Source: Lytechinus pictus (taxonomy: Eukaryota). From it: a stretch of DNA of 64,000 bases. Shown piece by piece: positions 53,671 through 64,000 of the stretch (positions within the stretch are counted from its first letter, which is position 1; every line of letters starts with the position of its first letter). The DNA is taken from positions 35,838,001 through 35,902,000 of the forward strand of contig NC_087245.1 of the NCBI RefSeq assembly GCF_037042905.1. The letters run 5' to 3'. A program made the translations under genes and the position numbers. Under the pieces are notes generated by a model that made no database searches, had not been told where the DNA came from, and saw only the letters and a program-made list of their open reading frames with translations.

Positions 53671-56600
53671 TTACTCTCATTGTATTACCTGTTAAGTACC
53701 TCAAAAACCTCGACCGGTATGGTACGAAATTCTTTATAGAAATTGATATTGTTTTAATTTGTCATCACCACACTTATTCCATCATAAAAACGTAAACAAG
53801 GGGCAAACGACATAATTGCAATTTTTCGTCATCTCAAAATCTTACGACGATCAGCAGCTGTCCTGGTTCACCAATTTTCGACAAAGGTCTCTCAGCTGTT
53901 CATTGTAATTTGACAGGTATTTTCAATAGATTTAATATGTTGTAGAATCCGTCCCCGTTGCGATTGCGAAAACTTGCTATTGTCAATTGCAAACAACTTT
54001 CAATCAAGTAAATAGTCTGCCAACAGCGCTATACAAAATCAAGGCCTAGTTTCCTTAACATAGAGTTTGAGTCATCACCTTTTCAAAACAAAGCCGTGAT
54101 TCTCCTCATGGTATTAAAAATGTAAAGGTTATATATATACAGCGTTTAGAAACAATGCGTATTAAGCGCTTTATAAAATGTTGTATATTCATTTATTGTA
54201 TGTATTTATATGTTTCTCGCGTCATAGTGGCAAAAATCGCAAGTAGAAAAGGGTGATGAACTTTTTATAATGCATTGCGCCATCACGTGTACGACTAGAG
54301 CATAACCGAATGATTCCGCTAGCTGTCGATGCTTTTTCTTTATTACGCTGCACACCTCATTCATGTTCAGGAAATTCGATATCACCTCTTCTAAATGAAA
54401 ATGGGGGAATAATTTTGTAATCCTTCCTGTAAAGGCGTGAAATCTCATTTATCGCTCGATGTTCCATGCACCTTAGAAATTCAAGTCATGCAACATATTA
54501 ACTTTTGGATTGTACCCCCTACATAGAACAAACAAACAAAACACCAATGGTATCGCAGCGAATTACCTCTGTTCTTTTTATCGAACCATGTCCCACCTTT
54601 TTTTTTTTTTAGATATATATATATTTTTTTATTCAAGACCCTATTTTCGATTATCTACTTATTTGTATTTTTGTTTCTCTAAACCTGATCATGTTAGTTG
54701 ATAATGTACTCATGTACGATTAAGATAGATATGACTGCATGATAGCGAGCAAATGGTTACTAAGTCTGGGATAAATAAGATAAGACATCAACCGGGTATA
54801 TTTTTTTCCAAGCCTGGACCAAAATGTCCGACCAATACGTCGACGGTTTCTTATTGTCTGGCGGGGGAGGGGGTATAGATTGCAGTTTTTCCCTTCTCCA
54901 TCTGTGTCATTTTGCATTATGATTTATTTTTCTTTACGATTTATATTCTTTATTATATATATATTGTGATCAATTGTGTAATTCAACCGCCAAACTCTGT
55001 ATAACGGGTCCCAAATGATTGTGGGATGGAAGGCGATCATTCTTTTTGATTTCCCTTGAAATTGATTTCCTTCCATGAATCCTGGCGAAATTAGTGTGTT
55101 TTTGTCCAAGAGGAACGCAATGTAAGGTCGGGTCCCACTGTCCGACAGACACAAGACGTACTCAACAGCGGACAAGCAACATTTCGGGATGGCTTCATCC
55201 ATTTTCATCCGCCCCAGACAATGGACAAAATGGGCGAACAATGAAATCACATTGGACAGATGCTCGATGGATATAGAGCGTATGAATCGCGTATGCAACG
55301 AGTACACAACGGATACATAACGTTTCCCAAACGGATGGCAAGATTCTTTTTCGTTTTACATACTCTCTGCATCCGTAAGTGCAGTAGGACCGACCAAACC
55401 TTAACGGTCAAACTCAGCCATAAGCTCAGATAAAGTCACAAAACCTTTCCGTTATTCGGATAGATCGGTTTCTTATTGTTTTTACGCTGTGTGCTGGCAA
55501 TTGAACTCACGTAGACGATGCCGTCGTCAAGAGAGAATTTTTTTTTCGAAGTGGCAGCCTTTTTCTAATAAAATATTCTTAAATAAACTATATATAATAT
55601 AATATAGTATGTAATTTAATATTATGAACCGAATTTCATTCCAGCTTACAAAGTACTTCATAACCAAAGCTATACCTCCCCATACCAGTTGTCCCGTTCG
55701 AATTGATCACACCATTACCATCAGTGAGTGACGTTTGTATTTAACATACCTTGAACATGGCAATATGTGTGATGCATTGGACCCCGCAATTGGCACCGTC
55801 TTCGTCACTTTCTTGAACAGAGCTATTCAATATTGACGGACGCAAGACGAAAATGATTTTACCCAGGCTTACTTATCGATTTTAACACGAATTCAGCTGC
55901 CCATGCTTGCTGAATTAGGTTTGTTACATTAATGTAGAGAAAACAGTGCCATCACTTCACGTGCGTAATTTCACACCACAACGTAGTATAGAGCTGGAAG
56001 GCCCCTTCTCTATCTTCCCCATACCCTTTGTTCGACACTTTTCCATTTTTAAGTCCGACCCACGTCTAACAACAGTACATCATCCAATGTTTAAGAGAAA
56101 AGAACAAAATGTAAATGATCACCCAAAACATGAACCTACCAAAGACGGACTATTATGACACATTTTTCAAACATGACTAAAATGGGGGAAAAAACGTAGT
56201 GACGAATAAAGTTTTCCTTCTTGGTCCTATAGCCCCCCCCCTAACTCTCTCTATCATTTTACTAATGGTTACTATTGACTGATCTGATATATTCACCCCC
56301 CGAAAAAAAAAAAAAAAGACCGATGGTTTGGGACCGACTCCGGACCGACAAAATTTATAACGCTATTTTCAACGTTATATCATCGGTCGGTTTGAAGCTG
56401 GCCTCGCTGAGGTGCCGATAGCATCAGCGTAGATAACTGGCCATGGTGACCCACAGCTATTTGTGCTGTTTCCCATATTATGCATTCGAAACAGGTATCT
56501 TTTATCTTTTATTTCTTCCTATTTTTGGTGGAGGGGGGGGGGGCAGTGGGTGTGGCAATAACATGGGGATCAGTCTGTCTCTTTTACACCCATCTCATAT

Positions 56601-59600
56601 TTTTTTTGACGGTTCTTTGACCAAGATATCCGTCTTGAGGGCCGAAATCCGCTACCGTCTACGCCTTCTTCAGGTGGACTTCTTTGGAAAACTAAACTCC
56701 TCGAAAGGGAGGCAAGTATTGTTGATGATTAATCAAAGTATGCTAGTCATTGTGACACTATAAAAACAGTATATTTCTCAACGTTTTACAAGGTTTTCTT
56801 GTGAAAAGTCACTGTCGTACAGATGGGGGTTCGGGGCATTGGACACCCCGCCCCACCCCCCCCCCCAAAAAAAAAACACATCACGACGAAAAAAAAGAGA
56901 AATAAAGAAAAAGGATAGAAGATTATGAATATGATAGTAATTTCTGAGTATTATGTCAAAAAAAGTTTTATATTAAAAAAGTTTAAACAGACGTTTTGCT
57001 TGCTCGCAGCTTTTTAGCAAATTTCCACCATAATAATGTTCAGTCTGACCCCCTCAAATTTCTGGCTCATTACGTACCACATACTTCCTATTGCAGCTAT
57101 CATGTCAAACATTCAAATTCGCACCGGGGAAACTAACTCCACCGTGTCCACACCGAGCCATTTCAGTTTTTTTTCGCTGGTTGTTTTTCTATGCCCCCTC
57201 ACACCATTGTAACTCTGCGCATCTCACTGCTATAGATCACATTGAAAGCAATATTCTACCACGGGTCCGTTTAAACGCAAGTCAAAAAATCAATCGCAAG
57301 TCCCAAATGCACGCTGTTGATTGGTTGAAAATCAAGTGGCGCATGACTTTTAGAGTTGCAAAATGATTGCAACACTTTCTGCAACGGGCTCCTGATGCGA
57401 TCTTTTGTCAAATTGATTAAGACTTAGAGCATTTATCTTAGATTGTAAAACTCGAGAGATATTCCTTAAAAAAACAGATCCTTCATGGTCCAGCGGTAGT
57501 ATATGAACAGTTGGAAAGTTTCTACTGAAAAAGACATCAATCACGGTCTTGGCGATGGCATGTCGTCACGAATGGACACCATTGCAAAAACAAGCTACTA
57601 TAAGTAGAGTGACCAAGCGAAAATAAATTCAAGGCACCGACCTTCATCTTGGCCGCATATAACCCTCTCTTTAATGTTTCCTTCCATCGCTTCCAGAATC
57701 TATCGTTTGTCTATTTTAGATTTATGCTCATACATCGCAACTGTCTAAACAGTAAACACATTGCTTATATCAATGAACAGGGGCGCCAATATTTGTTGGA
57801 GGGGCAGTGGACGACCGTCCCCTATTTTTCAAGTAGAGAAAACAAAAATAGGAAGAATTTGGTAGAGGGGAGAAAGAAAAGCATCTAAATGAAATATAAT
57901 GGTTGTAAGACTATATATCACTCGTGTAATTCAATTAAAAAAGAATTAGGTCGTATCCCCCCATTATCATGTCCTGGTGACACCCCCTGCCGACGGACTG
58001 AGTATCTCACCGTCATATCATTCATAAACCGTTCTGAAAGTGAATGACCACCAATGAAGGTTATATGACTCTTATAAATTATATGCATGGAATCAATACT
58101 TTTTGTCCATCTATCCTGCTATGATATATATCAGGAAAATAGGCCCTATCAAAATATTTTACGAGAAAAGCGGGTTTTCGCTCAGCAACGTGGAATGAAT
58201 CCTACAACGCAGCAAATGCATTGAAAATGCAAGTCACAATGAAGGTTTTGTCGATGGGATGGTGAATCGGAGTGGGAGTTTCGTCCGACGTTTCAGAGCT
58301 AACGAAAAATCGCAAATATGTCGTTTGTCCGGAGTCTTGAACGAAACTGCTGTTTTTTATTCACCCGCCCTTCGACAAAGACTTCATTGTCATGAATGGC
58401 ATTTGACAATAGATTCTCTACGTTCAGAACGCGTCTGCATAGATGTTGCGAACACTCCCTAAGGATTGATTTTACGGCTAGCAAGATACAGTAGTCAAGA
58501 TTGATATATTTTTTTTCTGAAATGAAAATGAAAAGAGTTTAAGATCTACCTTGTCCTCTCGTGAGGACCTTGCAATCTAAATCTTGTTTAACACCAAATT
58601 TATTAGGTAGGATTTAAAATCAGGTGGCCATGAAGCATATAAGATATAAAATCAAGCATTGATAGTACTTTACTTGAAATTGTGATTGATTTTAAAAGGT
58701 ACACATGAGATATAAAGAAATTTTAAGATATTTTTCATCCGAAAAATAGATGCATGTCAACGATACAGCACACAATGTATGAACATACAAACGTCGCAGT
58801 TTCACAAGAGAGATTACTCTTCTAGTCAAGCGTATTAATTTCATGCTATTTCAACAATGGAAGGAAATCCAATTTTTTATCATCACCTTAAGCGATACCA
58901 ATAATCAGATCAACAGTACCGATATACACCTCGAAGGCATGAGTGCTCCATCGTCGGTATAATGACGTCATTGCCGAAAGGGACAGATTTGCACCGTCCC
59001 GCCTTTGATTTAACACGAAGCTGAACCTCAAATTCGGCACTCATTTTCCTGGACAATGCTTAAAATCGGTCGAAAAGTCAATAAAGAGTCAACGACTTTC
59101 AATGACTATAGAGATGCAGGGTCATGCCTCAAAGCATCGGAATTCCGAAACGAGTTTTTGAAAAAAATAAAAGGGTAGCTGTCCCGTGGTATTCGGAAGG
59201 GGGGGGGGTGTGGTGTCCTAAATGTGCCTTATTCAGCAATGTATACATAAAAGTTTTGTCGACACTGCCAAAAACTAATTGGGGTACTAGTAGTACAACT
59301 GTAGGGCCCCTACGAGACATATTGTGTTGGACCTCGATTTGGACCTGCATATTCTGGACACGCTTAATTTCTATTTTCTCAAGTTATCGGCAGCTCGCAA
59401 GAGTCTTTAGGACTGTGGTACTAGCAAACTGAATCTGTAGGACTTATCATTCCTGCCGGTTAATGAATGTTGCAATGATCAGGACCCCGTTACTCATAGC
59501 TTAGCGATCGATCGTAAAATTGATTTGTACGATTGATTGTATACAATCAATCAATGAAATCAATCTTAAAAATTAATGCTATATACAATAAGAGGTGGCG

Positions 59601-59918
59601 GACCTGTTTGGTTAAATAATTGATGCAATTTTTGTCGAAAATTATATCATGTTATTCGCGTAGAACAGTATTATAGTCCATCTTAATGCGACTATTTGTT
59701 GTTGTTGTTTTTCTGCTTGGGGGTGGAGGAGGGGGTCAAGTTGCCCCCCTGACCCGCTCCTTATCCAATCCCCCTCCTCATAACAATGTCATGTACTTGT
59801 TCTATTTATACCACGGTGCGATCGCTTCATCCCAGGGACGGGAGATGGACAGCATTTCCATGGCGCCCACGGCAAACTAGGAGTGGATAGGCTCTCAGCT
59901 TCATCATGAGTACGACAA

Positions 59919-60244
59919 CGATCTCTACCTTGTCAGTCACGAATTATGCACTCTGATCGCCAGCATATCGGAGTCACTCACACCTACGAGAAGGACCCGA
60001 AACCGATCGAAATAATGTCATTGAAAATAACGTTACAGCTGCGATCGGTTCTGGAGACGGTGTCGATGATGTGACAAACAGCGATCTCTATCCTGTCAGT
60101 CACGAATTATGCACCCTGATCGCCAGCATGTCGGAGTCACTCACACCTACGAGAAGGACCCGAAACCGATCGAAATAATGTCATTGAAAATAACGTTACA
60201 GCTGCGATCGGTTCTGGAGACGGTATCGATGATGTGACAAACAG
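59919..60244. repeat. Recent tandem duplication, two 163-bp units
   Basis: 59919-60081 and 60082-60244 are nearly identical. Confidence 0.92.
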
Positions 60245-61466
60245 CCTGTCATTAAAAGATGACGAGGCCTGCGCGAGATGATACGCCAGTCCTCACTGCC
60301 TCACAGCCCTTCATGAGGATTGACCAGTCCAGTTCTAAAAGTGACTATAATATAGTTTATGTTTTATTACCTACAACACAACAAACACTCCCAAAATAGT
60401 TTGTTCATTGTAAATGGCAAATACTTTATTTTCCCTGAAATTCAATATATATTTTAATCATACGGGTTTTAAGTTACTTTATTATTGCGATAAGTAACAA
60501 AAACAACTAATTTCGTAATTAGGTTTGTACAATACTGTACTTGCAATTATCTTGGAAACAGTATGATAATTTACAAAGAAATACAATTTAGAATTTCGCA
60601 TTTGTTGAGCTGACTGTCCCGTAACATTATAAGCATTCATATAGCCTCACTCGTACCTTTAATCAGTAATCATCTGACCCCCTTTCAACAGCCACAATGC
60701 TCTATTTGTCAATTAGCACAATTATTATGATTAAGTCACCTCTACAATACATGCTCACTAATCATCACTACGAGGCCCTTGCACAAACTGAAAAGGGGAG
60801 TTCTCATGGGCGCTCAAGGTGTGAATTTGATGTTCATGTATACTGCGAAATGTTTCAAGGCTTGATCCCGTAAAAAAAAAAAACTTTTAAGAACATTCTT
60901 CTAAGATAATTTATTAGGACTTGAAAATGTTTGATCCGAAATGAAATGATGAGAAGAAAATAATCCTTGATGCCTACATTATGCAGATGAAAGCAAAGTC
61001 TCTGATGATTTCTTTTTACACTAACACTTTGATGATTTATTCCTAAAAACGCCTAATATAATAGTATAAAGTGCTATCATTTACTAAAATACACTAAGAA
61101 ATATACATTATGCACATGTGTTAATGTGTTTAGATGTCTAAAGAAACCTGAATTCCCCCTGCACACCAAACGTGTTTAATGGGTTTTTTTCATGAGTTTT
61201 CATTTGCAATTCACATTTTAACGAAGATATCTCCGAAACAAATATAAGATTCTTTTACATTCATATAAACAAACACCTTGATTGATTGAGGTAATATGCA
61301 ACATATATCAATCAAAACAAAAAATATATCAAACGTGTTTACTTTAATGTTTATGAAGTGTTGCCGTCATGTCTACCATGTCAATAGTATGATTATTAAT
61401 ATCGGATGTAATGATATTAATAAATTGTCGAGAAATACATCAGTGACTTTCTGTCTCGTGCATGCA

Positions 61467-61664
61467 CACTCTTGAAAATGTTGGGCAACATATACTGTCC
61501 CCACAACAATTGGTTAAAACTTTATCAAATTCTGAGTAGTTTTAAACCAATAATGTGTGCTTCGGGTGAAAACTACACAGTATTGGTTTAAAAATACCCA
61601 GAGTTGGATAAACTTGTTAACCAATTGTTGTGTGGACAGTATGTTGCCCAACATTTTAAGAGTG
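61467..61664. mobile_element. EnSpm-like palindromic MITE, family B
   Basis: cactcttgaaaatgttgggcaacata..ctgtcc / ggacagtatgttgcccaacattttaagagtg. Confidence 0.75.
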
Positions 61665-64000
61665 CAGGAAATATATAAATATAAGTAGTTTATTACTAGC
61701 ACATAAGAATTTCCAACTAAAGTGTCAAAGAAAATTGTTAATAGAAATCTCATAGAAATTACACTCTAACAACTACTTTTTAAAAAAAATGTTTAAACTT
61801 TTGAAACAAGTTGTTTAAAAAGTTTAAACAATTACAAAAAAGTTGTTTGTTAAGAGTGACAGGCTTAATCAACGTTTTTTTTTTACTGAGTAATCCCGCT
61901 TTATCCTCCGTGTACTATTATGTGTTGTTTTTTTTTCAACGCACTTTATCCGTGTTTTCCTAAAGTAAAAAGCATGTCAATTGCCTATCAATTATTTCTA
62001 ATAGCCCGTCCTGTTCGGCCTTGATCACCGCTGCTCTCGACCCACATCTTGCTCTATTATCACTGTCAACAAAGATTATGATTCGCTCTTAATGTGACTC
62101 CTATAAATTGCATCGCTACAATTACAATATTACTTTTCTATCGACATGATCGACAAGAGGATTTTCATTTTGTCCAATATCATTATTAACAATGAATCGT
62201 TTGAAATTGCTAAAGGCGCTTTTCAAGAAATTTAGGCGAATTGATCAGAAATGTTTTAGGTGTTTATTTGTAAAAGGTTTCAGAAGTTAAACAATCTTTA
62301 ACGTCTTCAGGAAGGGTGTTCTATATTTCTTGGAGGATGAATGGACAAATGATCTCCCCCGGGTTTTGGAAACTTTGGGGTTACCATGGTAACGGGATGA
62401 CGGGAAGTGGATGAATGTAAGGATCTTGAAGGGTGTAGGTTTTAATTAATGATATGAGGTACAGACAAGAACCAGGTACACTGTGGAAAATTAACAACGA
62501 AATCTTAAAAAGTGAACAAATGTTTTTCAGGATGCCAGATTGAGTATTATATAGGAGCAATGCAAATGAGCTTCTTGTATAGAAAATGGTGCAAATGGCA
62601 GCATTTTAACGTTTTGGAAGTTTGAATAATTGATTCTGGGGAAGACAATGATTAAACGAGAGAGATTTACCAAAATCGAGTTAGGAAGAACGAAAGCAAA
62701 TATCGATTTTCTGTGGCTGGTATAGAGAGAGTATTTCCTAATTAACCCGTTATATTGCTGTTGGTAGGGGAATAATCTATACATGTATAACATAAATGAG
62801 ATGTAATTGGCTATTGTAATGATGTGAAAATCAATCTTCGGTTTAGACTAGGATTGCCACAAGAAGTTCACAAATTAACAATGAGATGGAGTCGATGTGT
62901 TTTTTATGACTAAATTAAGATATACTTTTGAGCCCAGAAGAAGAATGATTATTATTATCTGAATGAATATCGTTGTTAATATTATTTAATTCATATTTGC
63001 TTTGTTTTTTGTACAGTATGTAATTCGTTTCTGTTTTTCCAATTTTTCCAGTTTATTTCATTTATTTCATTTATTTATTCATAAATTAATTCATACATTC
63101 AGCATTTTTTTATTAATATATCCATTATGAATTTATTGAAGGGGATTCGTAAACACACATTTTGTGATACCATCACCTCTCTCGACCTATATTACGCTTC
63201 GTTATGAATGTCAACATGTTTGTTTACATGATTTACTCTGATAATACATGAACCTTCCATGCGATCTTGGTTGCATATTTCCAATTGGCACTGGTCTATA
63301 TTTTGGATCGAAAAGATGCATATTGGGAGCAAAGGGATGGGAAACAGTCATGAAATAAAGAAAAACAAGTGTTACAGAATTAGAATAAAGAAGAGTTAGC
63401 GTACATGGCAATGTATATGAAGGAGTGGGGGAAGAGAATTAGGGAGCGTCATTTTGGCTTTTACCATAGAGATCAAACATCAGCCATTTTACTCCGTTGT
63501 TAAATTCAAAATGTTATAGTTTAACACCAGTTTGCGTTATTACAACACATTTGGTTTGTGTATGTAAGACACTCTTTTGTGTTAGCTTTATTTTCGAGGT
63601 GTATTTTAATGTGTGGTCAATGTGTGGTCCTCTATAGGGATGCCAACTAATGTCGGTTTTAACACAACAGTTTAAGCAGTGCAATATCTCCTTTAGATAT
63701 GAACTCATCGCATCGCAAAACAGTGGTCATCTGGGATGACCATGCACTACCCTAAAGTGTATGATTTAAAATTTAATGCCAACGTTTAATCTCACCAGCC
63801 AAGTACCTATACTGTATTAGCCACTAGATAAGTGATTTCGAGCCAATGTAATGTTTATACCAGAACTTAATACCCCCGATGCCCTTTTCACCCACGACCC
63901 CTCCCTCCTCCGGCTGGCATTGTTTACGCGTCATGCACGATGACGTCAATTTTGGGACTGGTGCTCTTTTTTGCGGCACCTGGTATAATAAACACCGGCA

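Noticed and set aside
54541..54600. ..DTIG|gt as the missing K2P pore-helix exon
   Set aside because: Upstream residues bear no resemblance to a pore helix and the donor is weak

Overview
AT-rich, intron-containing animal genomic DNA. The repeat families look like those of a sea urchin (echinoid); this is my recognition, not a database result. Protein-coding content: (1) three internal exons of an NRF-6/O-acyltransferase-like membrane protein gene on + (1933-4119), with no recognisable terminal exon; (2) an uncharacterised gene on - with two coding exons (13200-13301 and 10274-11332), encoding a coiled coil plus a disordered tail rich in RRxS/T motifs; (3) the last two exons of a TRESK/KCNK18-like two-pore K+ channel on - (33803-34048 and 31652-33204), whose upstream exons were not found in the remaining ~30 kb; (4) a 5'-truncated L2/Crack-type LINE (~7370-10082, -). 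The rest is a mosaic of SINEs, non-autonomous DNA transposons (hAT-, Kolobok-, Harbinger-, EnSpm-, Foldback/MULE- and Helentron-like) and simple or tandem repeats. The most unusual item is an element at ~17560-17937 (-): a 7SL-RNA (Alu-like) 5' end joined to a Pol III B-box and a Deu-domain-like body, i.e. a candidate 7SL-derived SINE outside the lineages where these are usually described.
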